The position numbers were made by a program, and so were the translations under genes. DNA of 43,735 nt from a virus (lineage: Duplodnaviria > Caudoviricetes). The stretch spans positions 1-43,735 of IMG/VR virus record IMGVR_UViG_3300027874_000019; one strand, given 5' to 3'. The notes below the pieces were generated by a model. That model did no database searches and was not told the DNA's origin. It saw only the letters and a list, made by a program, of their open reading frames with translations. This document shows positions 1 to 9,700 of the stretch, one piece after another; position 1 is the stretch's first letter; every line of letters begins with the position of its first letter.

Positions 1-257
1 CCGCGGCTGCCGTCGAGCTGGTAGATCACGTACACGTCGCCCTGCCCGTCGGGGCTCGGCCTGGTGTGCACCTGCCGGACGCTGATCAGGTACGCGCCGG
101 GCACCGTGCCCCAGAAGTCTGGCAGCGCGCCGTTGATCTCCTTCCAGCACACCCGCGGTGGCCCGGTGGGCACTTTGGTGGCGGGCCCGCGGTGCGGCGG
201 GATCAGGTGCGCGGCCACATGCTCGTGGATCGCGGCCTCGCCGGGGGACAGGGTCAC
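1..257 (-). CDS. Hypothetical protein, runs off the window edge (MTLSPGEAAIHEHVAAHL...)
   Basis: GTG at 257 overlaps the endolysin TGA (GTGA). Frame is open to position 1 with high GC3. Not in the supplied ORF track. Confidence 0.65.
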   Translation of the reverse strand, partial: MTLSPGEAAIHEHVAAHLIPPHRGPATKVPTGPPRVCWKEINGALPDFWGTVPGAYLISVRQVHTRPSPDGQGDVYVIYQLDGSR

Positions 258-1072
258 GGGTTCACGGTATAGAAGACCGTGCCCGCAGGCAGGTCGAGCT
301 TGGCGAACGCGGCCAGGTCGTCGCCGGTCATGTTGGTCACCCAGATCCGCCAGGCGGTGGCCACCTGCTCGTTGCGGGAGGCCGCCCAGGCCTCCAGGGT
401 GATCGGGTGGGCCTGGGGATGCCGGTAGGCCCCGCTGGCGGTACGCGACGGCGCGGTGGCAACCGGCGCGGGAGCGGGCGCGGGCGCGGCCGGGCGGGGC
501 CACTGCCCGTAGTCCGGCTGGGTGGACCGGTCGTAGTCGCATTCGCACGGGCCCAGCCGCGCGCCGTTCTGGTACTGCTGCAGTTGCGCCCGCTTGTCCC
601 AGTTGCCGCCGGACCAGGCGTAGGTCTGCCAGCCGTACTTGCACACGTTCGCGGACAGCGCCCGCGACAGCGGCCAGTAGCCGCCGTACATGCCGGTGCG
701 GTTGTGCCCGAGCACCGACGCCGCACCCTGCATGTAGGCGTTGATCGAGGGCTGGTCGCCTGGCGGCGCGTCATAGTCGCACGGCGCGAAGTAGATCACC
801 GCGCTGCCCGCGCCGAGCGCGTGCGCCTGCTTGTTCGCCTCGGTGGCATCAGCCACCCCGCCGGCGTGGCCGCGGGCGCAGTCGCGGCCGGTGTCTTCCC
901 ACACCAGCACCACGGCCAGCCCGGCCTTGACCAGGTTGGCGAACTCCGGGGCGTTGATGCACTTGGCGTTCGGCAGGTAGGACAGGTACCGGGCGACGAA
1001 CCGCTTGCCCGCGGCGTGGATCTGCCCGGCGCTGACCCCTGACCCGAAGCTGTAGTCGATGCCCTCGGCCAC
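254..1072 (-). CDS. Endolysin, DUF1906/GH25-like (Rv2525c-like) glycoside hydrolase with Pro/Ala linker and C-terminal domain
   Basis: GIDYS, FVARYL, VLVWE, IYFA.CDYD, GMYGG, WQTYAWSGG and LQQY motifs typical of DUF1906 lysins. GGGAGG RBS. Located after the tail genes. Confidence 0.85.
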   Translation of the reverse strand: MAEGIDYSFGSGVSAGQIHAAGKRFVARYLSYLPNAKCINAPEFANLVKAGLAVVLVWEDTGRDCARGHAGGVADATEANKQAHALGAGSAVIYFAPCDYDAPPGDQPSINAYMQGAASVLGHNRTGMYGGYWPLSRALSANVCKYGWQTYAWSGGNWDKRAQLQQYQNGARLGPCECDYDRSTQPDYGQWPRPAAPAPAPAPVATAPSRTASGAYRHPQAHPITLEAWAASRNEQVATAWRIWVTNMTGDDLAAFAKLDLPAGTVFYTVNP

Positions 1073-1215
1073 GGCGGCCTCCCGGCGTGCCAGGCGGGGA
1101 CCGGCTCTCCCCAGTCAGTGTGTCAGTACGATGGCCGTGCCGGTAGGCCCCGGGGGTGCCGCAGCCCACACGAAGCCACGCGCAGCCGAGCCCAAGCTGC
1201 GGTCCCGGGGCGGGC

Positions 1216-1221
1216 TAGCAT
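1216..1221 (+). promoter_or_regulatory. Putative -10 box (TAGCAT) of a leaderless transcript
   Basis: TANNNT hexamer 7 nt before GTG 1229, which has no RBS; typical actinobacterial leaderless arrangement. Confidence 0.45.
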
Positions 1222-1228
1222 CACATCC

Positions 1229-1558
1229 GTGGACTACAGGCCAGAGATTCTGTCCGGGCAGCGCACCTACGCGGCCACGGCCAGGCCGGACTTCATCATG
1301 TTCGCGGCGAAGGTGCCGGCGGGGGTGCGGCTGTACGCCACCCGGCAGGTACCCGCCGGGGTCGAGTTCGGCCTGTCGACCCCGGACCAGGGGGCCAGCC
1401 ACTTCTGGCACATCGAGGCCGACCTGGAGCACCTGCTGGTGATCACCAAGCCGACCTACCAGGAGTGCATGGCCGAGCTGTTCCGCATCTGGGCCTCCCA
1501 GGACGCCGCCGCTGCCGCGGAGCTGCCAGCTCCCGCGCGCAGGGCCATCGGGGCCTAA
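1229..1558 (+). CDS. Hypothetical protein, inverted relative to the lysis cassette (MDYRPEILSGQ...)
   Basis: High-GC3 globular-looking frame from GTG 1229 to TAA 1558; the track's 1118 start looks over-extended. Confidence 0.7.
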   Translation: MDYRPEILSGQRTYAATARPDFIMFAAKVPAGVRLYATRQVPAGVEFGLSTPDQGASHFWHIEADLEHLLVITKPTYQECMAELFRIWASQDAAAAAELPAPARRAIGA

Positions 1559-1704
1559 CCGGCACCGGGAGATCACCACATGCCTGACGATGGCGATGTG
1601 GCAGATCTGCGCCTGCAGGTCCGAGAGGGTGATCAGGTCCAGCACCGACGCTGCGGTGATCATGCCGAGGATCAGCCCCACGGCCAGCCACGCCCACCAC
1701 GGGA

Positions 1705-2007
1705 TCAGTGGTAGTTCTTTATGTGCAGGAACGCGGTCACCGCGGTGATCAGGATCGGCAGCACCAGGCTGCCGATCAGCACCAGCGCCAGCGCCCATGC
1801 CCGTTCCCTCCTCCCCCGCTCGCTGGCCACGCTGGCCTTGCCCGCCTGCTCCAGCGCGGTGATCCGGTCGGCCAGGCCGCGGTGTTCCTGCTCAGCCCCC
1901 GCGAGGGCCTCGGCGTGCCGCTCCAGCACGCCCAGCCGCCGGTCGTTCTCCCGCTGGGTGGCATCCCACCGGCCGAAGGTGACCACATACTCATCGCCGG
2001 TGCTCAT
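1705..2007 (-). CDS. Membrane protein, coiled coil plus C-terminal TM helix (lysis-cassette accessory)
   Basis: Heptad-like segment (LADRITALEQAG) followed by hydrophobic WALALVLIGSLVLPILITAVTAFL. ATGA coupling; lies upstream of the endolysin. Confidence 0.7.
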   Translation of the reverse strand: MSTGDEYVVTFGRWDATQRENDRRLGVLERHAEALAGAEQEHRGLADRITALEQAGKASVASERGRRERAWALALVLIGSLVLPILITAVTAFLHIKNYH

Positions 2008-2309
2008 GGCGGCGGGATGATGCCCGACAGCGCGTCGTCATAGTCGAACTGCGCCGGCGGGCTGCCCTTGGCGACGGTGCCGAACCAGATCCCCGCTAGG
2101 TCCCCGCCCATGTAGTCGAGGAACGTGCGGAGCTGGGCGACCAGCGACGGGTCGATGCTGAACGCTGCGGCGAGGTCGGCGTCGGACAGCTTGGCCGCCC
2201 AGGCCCGGAACCGCTGGGAGTCGGTGGCCACGTTCCGCCACCGGCTGGCCAGGGCGGAGAAGTCGCCGTTGAGCTGCGCCGGGTCGGGGGTCGCGCCGAG
2301 AGGGGGCAT
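2004..2309 (-). CDS. Hypothetical protein (possible tail-fibre accessory)
   Basis: AGGTG RBS-like site, high GC3, directly after the tail fibre gene. Confidence 0.7.
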   Translation of the reverse strand: MPPLGATPDPAQLNGDFSALASRWRNVATDSQRFRAWAAKLSDADLAAAFSIDPSLVAQLRTFLDYMGGDLAGIWFGTVAKGSPPAQFDYDDALSGIIPPP

Positions 2310-2333
2310 ATTTCACCTACTGTCGTCGGGTAA

Positions 2334-4976
2334 TTACTTTGTGTAACTTACTTTCAACTGCGGGCCGCTGGACTGCCCCGCGCCGGCGAAGTAGCCGTAG
2401 TACCCCAGGCTGTTGGAGTTCTTGAACAGCACCAGCGAGTTCGCCGCTCCGGACGCGAGGTTGGAGGCGATCGAGTTGGGCACGTTCACCCACTTGGCCT
2501 GGCCGGGGCTGAAGTGGACCTCGGTCAGGTCGATGCCCGCGCCGCCCGGGTCGCCCGCGGTGGAGCCGAAGGTGGACTTGGCGTCCCAGCCGATGCACGC
2601 GGTCATGCCGCTGGAAGACCAGGTGTGGTTGTTGTTCAGGTAGAGCTGCACGTTGGTGATCGTCGCGCCGGACAGGTCCGAGGCCAGCGCGCCGGGGAAG
2701 ACGAACCAGGTCTTGGACCGGCCGTTGTAGGTGTCGTAGAAGTCGCCGCCCTGGTACATCTTCGAGTCGGTGTTGATCTTCAGGTTGCCGTTGCCGCCGT
2801 CGGAGCCCTGGTAGGAGTAGGAGTGGGTGGCGGTGTAGGTCTTGGTGAAGTTCTTGGTGCCCGACCCCGAGCCGCCCGAGGTCGCCAGGACGATCCGGCC
2901 GGTGTTGGGCAGCGTCAGGCCCATGTCGTAGATGTAGAACCGGGCGTTGACCTGGGAGTCGTCGCCGGGGTTGGCGTCCAGGGCCTGCAACTGGACCGTC
3001 GGCGTCGAGCCGGTGCCGAACGCCTGGTAGGACACCAGGATGCGCCACAGCGCCCCGGCCTGGGACTCGATGTGCTTGGTGATCGCCGGGGACCGGATGT
3101 TGGAGAACCCCGAGCTGCCCGACGCCTCCACGCTGCCCTGCATGATCAGCGCGCTGGCGTTGGTCGGCTGGGAGCCGTCGGTGGTGGCGTACACGTTGAT
3201 CTTGCAGCCGCCGGCACCGGAGAACTGCAGCCACATCGGCTCCAGCACCAGCATGTAGGACCGGTTGGCGGTGGCCTGGAAGTCCAGCTCGTACAGGTAG
3301 TACTCGCTGGATGTCGCGGTGGTCGGCAGGTTGGCGGCGAACACGTTGGTCCGGGCGATCAGGCCGGCGGGGAAGCTCGGCACCCAGTCGGTGAGGAAGT
3401 CCCGGCCGCCGAGGACCGCGTCCGCGAACGTGCCGGTCTGGCCGGTGATGTTGCCGCCTGAGTCGATCGTGGCCAGGGTGTTGTCACCCCACGGGTCCTG
3501 CACGCTGATCACCGACGTCATGCCGGGCATCGCGTTGACCTCCAGGCCCTGGCTGTAGCCGTTGCCGACGGAGTCGACGCCGCCCGAGGGGGAGGTCGAG
3601 TAGACCAGGTTGCCCGAGATCTGGATGTTGTCGCCGTAGATCAGCGTGCCCGAGCCGAGGGTGCCGTGGTTGCCGAAGCACACCGCGGCGTACCCGGCGG
3701 CGGGGGCGTTGTCCCCCACGGTCAGCGTGGTCAGCGCCCCCGCCGTGAGGGCGGCGTCGGAACAGTCGGTCTCGGAGATGAACGCGCCCGCCTGGGTATA
3801 CCAGCGGATGCCGACGTAGCCGTTGGTGATGCCGGCGGGGGCCTGCAGGTCCGCGGACACCGCCACCGGGTCGCCGGGCAGCACCGGGATCACCGCAGCG
3901 GTGCCGGCGGGGGTGAACGCCACCGGGGAGCCCGCGCCGCTGGCGGTCAGCAGCAGCGCCCCGGTGCCCGTCGAGGACCAGGCCGTGGACTGGGTGAGGC
4001 TGCCGGCCGAGGCGGCCCAGCCCATCACCGACCCGGGTGTCTCGAAGTCGTAGTACAGCGGGCCGCGCGGGGTGGACGTGCCGTAGGCCAGCACCTGGGA
4101 GCCGATCAGCAGCGGCGCGACGATCGTGGTGGTGTCCACGATCCCGGTGATGACCGTGCCGGCGGCGATGTTCCCGGCGGTGATCGTGCCGGCCGCGATC
4201 AGCGAGCCGGTAATCGAGCCGGCGCTGATGGCCCCGCCGCCGAAGGCGTACGGCTGCCAGCCCGTGCCGGACCACTGGGACAGCAGGTTGCCGGACGCGG
4301 TGTTGTACCACAGGTCCCCGGCCGCGGGGGAGGCCGGCGCGGTGGGGGAGAAGGTGACCTTGGTCCCGGCGGCGGTGACCGAGAAGGACACCTTGTCCGG
4401 GCCGATCGCGGACGGCGGAATCGCCTGCACCACGGTCAGCGGCACCGCGGTCAGGTAGTTGCTCGGCGGCGCGGTCACCCCGGCGTCGTTGACGGTGACC
4501 AGGCACACGTAGTAGGTGACGGCGGGCTGCAGCCCGACGATCGGCCGGATGCCCGGCCCGAGCAGGGTGGACTGCAGCGTGGCCGGCCCCGGCGTGAACC
4601 CCGGCTGCCCGGAGCAGTGCACCTGCACCCCGGCGAAGTCCGACAGCGGCGGGGAGCCGTCGAACATGTTGCCGTCCCACTGCACCAGGATGCCGCCGAT
4701 CGTCGCGCCGACCAGGGGATCGGAGCACTGCGGCGGCGGCGCGGCGTTGTAGGCGGCCTGGGCGAACGTGCCGTCGGGCTGCAGGCCGAGGATGAGCTGC
4801 GGGTTGCCGGCCGCGTCGTTGATGGTCAGCGCGCCGCCCTCGATCGAGGCGTTGTCCAGGGCGGCGGTGGCCTGGCCGCGTTCCAGCGCGGTGATCCGCT
4901 GCTGCAGTTCCGCGAGCTGGCCGCCGAGCGCGGCCAGGGCCGCGGGCAGCGCCGGGCTGGTGCCGTTGACGGTCAT
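2334..4976 (-). CDS. Tail fibre / minor tail protein (coiled coil, FN3-like domain, I.AG.IT repeats, CBM-like jelly roll, C-terminal receptor-binding domain)
   Basis: LQQRITALERG coil; GLQPAVTYYVCLVTVN FN3-like; GDLWYNT..W and ITAGNIAAG repeats; DFETPGS..GW carbohydrate-binding-like segment; last large tail gene. Confidence 0.8.
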   Translation of the reverse strand: MTVNGTSPALPAALAALGGQLAELQQRITALERGQATAALDNASIEGGALTINDAAGNPQLILGLQPDGTFAQAAYNAAPPPQCSDPLVGATIGGILVQWDGNMFDGSPPLSDFAGVQVHCSGQPGFTPGPATLQSTLLGPGIRPIVGLQPAVTYYVCLVTVNDAGVTAPPSNYLTAVPLTVVQAIPPSAIGPDKVSFSVTAAGTKVTFSPTAPASPAAGDLWYNTASGNLLSQWSGTGWQPYAFGGGAISAGSITGSLIAAGTITAGNIAAGTVITGIVDTTTIVAPLLIGSQVLAYGTSTPRGPLYYDFETPGSVMGWAASAGSLTQSTAWSSTGTGALLLTASGAGSPVAFTPAGTAAVIPVLPGDPVAVSADLQAPAGITNGYVGIRWYTQAGAFISETDCSDAALTAGALTTLTVGDNAPAAGYAAVCFGNHGTLGSGTLIYGDNIQISGNLVYSTSPSGGVDSVGNGYSQGLEVNAMPGMTSVISVQDPWGDNTLATIDSGGNITGQTGTFADAVLGGRDFLTDWVPSFPAGLIARTNVFAANLPTTATSSEYYLYELDFQATANRSYMLVLEPMWLQFSGAGGCKINVYATTDGSQPTNASALIMQGSVEASGSSGFSNIRSPAITKHIESQAGALWRILVSYQAFGTGSTPTVQLQALDANPGDDSQVNARFYIYDMGLTLPNTGRIVLATSGGSGSGTKNFTKTYTATHSYSYQGSDGGNGNLKINTDSKMYQGGDFYDTYNGRSKTWFVFPGALASDLSGATITNVQLYLNNNHTWSSSGMTACIGWDAKSTFGSTAGDPGGAGIDLTEVHFSPGQAKWVNVPNSIASNLASGAANSLVLFKNSNSLGYYGYFAGAGQSSGPQLKVSYTK

Positions 4977-6703
4977 AGCGTCCCTGCCTGCCCGCTCTCG
5001 GCCAGGTAGGTGAAGCTGTCCGACCTAGCGCAGGTGAGCGTGGCGATGTTGGTGGTGGGGTCCTGCTGGATCTGGGTGATCCGGCCCCAGGTGGTCACGT
5101 TCCGCCACCCGGACGCCTGGGTGATGGGGATGTCGTCGCCGGGCCGGAACGAGCCGAACGGCGCGTTGGGGTGGTTGCGGACCACCACGGTGGCTGGGGT
5201 GTCGATGGCGATCCGGCTGGCCAGGATCTTCTGCGCCCGGGACTGCATCCGCCCGGAGGACCGGATCGTCTGGTCGGTGTAGACGAACACCCGGCGCAGC
5301 CGCCCGTTCGGGCTGGCCACCTGGGCGCGGATCTGCGCGCTGCCCTGCCCGTTGCCCAAGCCGATGACCTCGTTGGCGTACACCGACCCGTCCCGGGAGG
5401 TCTGCACCGGGGTGACGATGTTCTCCCCTTCCGCGAACCGCAGCGTGGCCTGGCGGATGCCGATCCGCGGCACGCCGAAGTGCAGCGCGTGCGCCACGCC
5501 CTGCTTGGCGGGGCCGGTCCAGGTGTGCTGCTCCCACCAGTCGCACACCACGTCGGACAGGATGGAGGCGATCTCCTGCCCGACGTCGGTGGAGTTCCAC
5601 CAGTCCAGCGCGAAGACCGTGGTCTTGCCGCCCTGGATCACCGTGCTGCCCTTGGCGTAGCCGTTGTTGTAGGCCGACGACATCGTGAACACGTTCTTGG
5701 AGATCTTGCTGATCGTCCGCCAGGTCGAGTCGCCCGCCACCTGCACGAGCTGGCCGGTGGCGAACCCGCCGCTCGGGTCGGTCACGGTGATCGTGGTGTC
5801 GCCGGGCTTGATCGCGGCGGCCAGGGTGGTCGAGGCGTACACCGCCCCGGCCGCGAGCTGGGAGCCCAGCAGCACCCCGGACTTCACCGGGTCCAGGGTC
5901 ATGCCGATGTTGCCGCTGGGCTGGGACTGCACCCAGTTCCACAGGTACCGGACCACGTCCAGGGCCTCGATGCCGCGCTGGTGGTAGGACGCGCCCTCAT
6001 ACGGGATGCCGTTGGGGTAGCCGGCGAACCCGGTGAACGTCGGCGTCCAGGCCGGGCCGGTGTAGGCGGAGGACGTGAGGATGCCGCCGAACTTGATCTC
6101 ATCGCCCTGCTCCAGGTAGCAGGCGTGCTGCCACTCCTGGCAGACCGGGTTGCCGGTGGCGTCCAGCAGCGCGGCCTGCGGCGGGCTAACGGTGCAGGAG
6201 AAGGTGTCGGGCTGGTCCAGGTTCCAGGTGATGCTCGGGCTGGTGATGCCGCGGACCTCGCGGGTGACCCAGGCCCCGGTGAGCACGTTCTGCAGGTGCA
6301 TCCGGGGCATGCCGGTGAGGATGAACACCGGGGCGGCCACCCGGTAGGCGGGGACCGGCGCGGGCGCGGGGGCGGTGCCCTTGGTAACCTTCAGCCCCTC
6401 GGCCGCGCCGGCTCTGTCGGCGGCGGCGGCGGGGATGGTCTCCGCGACCACGAACGAGAAGCCGGGGATGTCGTCCACGCCCGCCGCGGCGTCCCGGGGG
6501 AACAGCCCCGGCTGCCAGGACAGCGCCTCCGCAGCCCCGGCCGCGTCGGGCAGCGGCGCGGCCAGCGCGGTGACCAGCCGGTCAACACCAGCGGCCTGGT
6601 CGGCGTAGGGCAGCGACACGCCGCTGGTGTTGACCACCAGGGCGTCGGCCGCGCCGGCGGCCTCGTTGATGGTCAGGCTGTGGGAGCCGCCGCCGTTGGG
6701 CAT
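4973..6703 (-). CDS. Minor tail protein, baseplate hub/Tal-like (actinophage gp37-like)
   Basis: KFGGIL, RFAEGENI, YANEVIGLG.G and F.PGDDI motifs resembling actinophage hub proteins; position upstream of the fibre. Confidence 0.75.
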   Translation of the reverse strand: MPNGGGSHSLTINEAAGAADALVVNTSGVSLPYADQAAGVDRLVTALAAPLPDAAGAAEALSWQPGLFPRDAAAGVDDIPGFSFVVAETIPAAAADRAGAAEGLKVTKGTAPAPAPVPAYRVAAPVFILTGMPRMHLQNVLTGAWVTREVRGITSPSITWNLDQPDTFSCTVSPPQAALLDATGNPVCQEWQHACYLEQGDEIKFGGILTSSAYTGPAWTPTFTGFAGYPNGIPYEGASYHQRGIEALDVVRYLWNWVQSQPSGNIGMTLDPVKSGVLLGSQLAAGAVYASTTLAAAIKPGDTTITVTDPSGGFATGQLVQVAGDSTWRTISKISKNVFTMSSAYNNGYAKGSTVIQGGKTTVFALDWWNSTDVGQEIASILSDVVCDWWEQHTWTGPAKQGVAHALHFGVPRIGIRQATLRFAEGENIVTPVQTSRDGSVYANEVIGLGNGQGSAQIRAQVASPNGRLRRVFVYTDQTIRSSGRMQSRAQKILASRIAIDTPATVVVRNHPNAPFGSFRPGDDIPITQASGWRNVTTWGRITQIQQDPTTNIATLTCARSDSFTYLAESGQAGTL

Positions 6704-9700
6704 CTAGTAGGCCTTCTGCGTCCCGACGAACGCCCGGACGGTCTCCGACCCGGTGTCGACCTCGCCCCACACGTCGTAGGTGATGCCCGCGGTGAGCTGC
6801 ACCAGGCCGCCGAGCGCCAGCGGGCCGACCGAGCCCTGGGCGATCCAGCCTTTCTGCCGCCCGGCGGGGTCGAGCCAGACGCAGTCGAACCAGGCCGACG
6901 GCTCGGCGGGGCGGGTCTCATCCCCCGACGACACCGGCACCGCGAACCGCGCCGGGAGCGCCGCGGTCACCGGGTTGGTCTCGCCGCCGGCGAGGTCGGA
7001 GGTCCAGGTGATGTTGATGAACTGCTGCGACACCGCGGCGATCGGCTTGAACGCGGCCATCAGTGCCTCCCACTGTGCCGGGGAAAGATGCGCGGCCCAG
7101 CGGGGAGGGCTGATAACAGCCTGCCAGCCGGACGGGCCCGGTGCCACGCGCCAGCGGGCCGGCTCTGCGTGCCCGTTCCACCGGGCCGCCTCCGCACCGG
7201 CCCGCCAGGTGGGCTCGGGGGTCAGCAGCACCGCCGAGGCCCGGAAAAGCTCTCCTGCGGCGGCGGCGTCGGCCAGGAACACGTTGGTGGCCAGGCCGGT
7301 GACCAGGATGTCACTGGCCGCTGCCACATGGCCACGCGCCGTGGTGACCGAGGCGCTGAGAGCCTCTCTAACGGCCCCGGAGTCGGCCAGCGACGGCTGA
7401 GCCGAGACAGCCACTGTGAGGCTGTCAGCGGCAGCCCCGGTGTCAGTGGCGGCCAGTTGTACCGACATGCCCCCCGGCGAGTCGGCGGCGGCCCCAATAT
7501 CTGCCAATGTGACCACAGCGCCGACCTGGACGCTGATAGCGTCTGCGGCACCGCCCTGGTCGGGGATGCTGAGCGCGGCGGATGGCGCAAGCAGGTCTGC
7601 TGCGGAACCAACATCCCCGGGCAGGGCGGCCACGCTGACCGCTACCTGGTCGGCCGCCGCGCCCGCGTCAGGCCAGGAGATCTGCGCACCGACGATGACC
7701 GAGATAGCATCGGCTGCGCCGGCCTGGTCGCCGGCGGCGAGAGATGCGGCAGTGACCACACCCTCGGCAGCAGCACCTGTGTCGGCGGCCAGGACGGTGG
7801 CGCTGGCGGCCACCTGATCGGCAGCGCCGCCAGCATCACCGAGGGCGATCTGCGCGCCGACCACTACCGCGATAGCGTCGGAAGCGCCGGCCTGGTCGGC
7901 CACACCGAGCGATACGGCTGCGGCTACGGCGTCGGCTGCGGCGGCTTGGTCACCGGCCGGGCTGGCACCAGCCACCGCCACCTGATCGGCCGCTCCTGCC
8001 GCCTCGGTGAACGTGGCCGCGCCCGCCCCGGTGACCACCACGGCGTCCGCGGCTGCCGCCGCGTCGGGCAGGGACGTGGTCTCGGCCACGCTGACCTGGT
8101 CCGCCGCCCCAGCCGCGTCGGTGACCGCGCGGGTCTGGGTGGGGACCGCGAGGACGTCCGCGGCCCCCGCCTGCTCGGCCAGCGGCACCGCGCCCGTGAC
8201 CGCGATAGCCTCGGCTGCGCCGGCCTGGTCGGGCAGCGGCACCGCCGCGCTGGCCGTGGCCTGTTCGGTTGCGGCTGCGGCCTCCCCGGCCAGGACGGCA
8301 CCCGCCACGCCGAGCTGCTCGGCCGCGCCGGCCGCATCGGCGTAGCTGACCACCGCGCCGACGACAACCGCGATAGCATCCGCAGCGCCCGCCGCATCGG
8401 CGGTGCCCGCGGATGCCGCCACCACCAGGGTGTCTGTCGATCCGGCGGCATCCGCGGCCGGGACGGTCGCGGTCGCGGTGGCCAGCTCGGCCGCGCCCGC
8501 CGCCTCGGTGAGCATCCGCGGCTGGGCTTCCACCGCAGCGGCCTGCTCGGGCAGCGGTACCGTGGCGGTGGCCACCGACGCCTCGGCTGATGCTCCGGAC
8601 TCGGCAAGCGTCACGACAGCCGCTGCCGACTGCTGCTCTGTCGCAGCCGCGGCGTCGGTAACAGCCAGGCTGGCCGCCGTGGTCAGGGTCTCGGCCGCCC
8701 CAGCGGCATCTGGGAGGGACGTTGTCTCCGCGACGGTCACCTGGTCGGCCGCGCCCGCTGCCTCATACAGCTCCCGGGGCTGGGCCTCGGCGGCGGCGGC
8801 CTGGTCAGTGACACCGACGGCGGCTGTTACGCTCACCGCATCGGCGGCGGCGGCTGCTTCGGAGACAGGAACCGCGGCGGTGGCGGCTGCCGTGTCCGCA
8901 GCGGCGGCGGCTTCAGCGAACGGGGCTGAAGCGGTAACAACCGGCTGGTCCGCCGCTGCTGCGGGATCTGCCAGGCCCAGCGCGGCGGACACGCTGAGCG
9001 CATCGGCCCCGCCAGCGGCGTCAGCCAGGGCCACTGAAGTGCTGGTGGGGGCGGGCTGGAACTGGTACTGCACCACGTACCACTGGCCGCCGGCGGTGGT
9101 CGCGCCGAAGGCTTGGCTTACCCCGGCGGTCCCGGTCCCCAGTTGCTGCCAGGCTGCGGTGTTGTACGGGTTGACCCCGGTGTGGTAGCTGGTGATCAGG
9201 GTGAACGGGCTGCTGATCGCGGGAGCGCCACCTGCGTTAGTGGTGGCCAGCAGCACCACGGCGATGTCATTGTCCACGGTGGGGGCCAGGCTGACCGCCG
9301 GGGACGTGGAGACGCCGTTGGCCGGGGCGGCCGATTTCTTGTCCAGCGGGCCCGCGCCGGGGACGTCGATCAGCAGGATCTGCACGTTGCCGGTCTGCGC
9401 TGAGGGCTCGGTCGCGGTCACGATGTCGCCGCTGGCCAGGGCTACGGTGGGCCCGCCGCCTGGCCCGCCGGTCGCACCCGGCGACCGGAAGAACGTGGTC
9501 ATCGGGACGTTGACCTGCGACTGGGTGTCCAGCGTGTAGACGTTGCCCTTGGCGTCGGCCAGCGCGCTGATGTCACAGGCCGTCGCCTGCGTGGTGACCA
9601 CGGCCAGCAGCGTGTCCCCGGCGCTGGTCGGTGTGCTCACCGTGGCGGTGCGGCTGGTGCCCGAGCCGGTGGTCAGCCCAGTGGCGACGACGAACGGGAT

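Noticed and set aside
2334-4976. Diversity-generating retroelement target in the tail fibre
   Set aside because: No reverse transcriptase and no TR/VR pair differing at adenines was noticed in the window.
5171-8590. Very long plus-strand ORFs (e.g. 5171-8590, 10945-12891, 15029-17482, 37860-40445, 40343-42196)
   Set aside because: Antisense or alternative-frame shadows of clear minus-strand phage genes, expected at this GC content; Arg/Gly/Pro-rich with no motifs or RBS.
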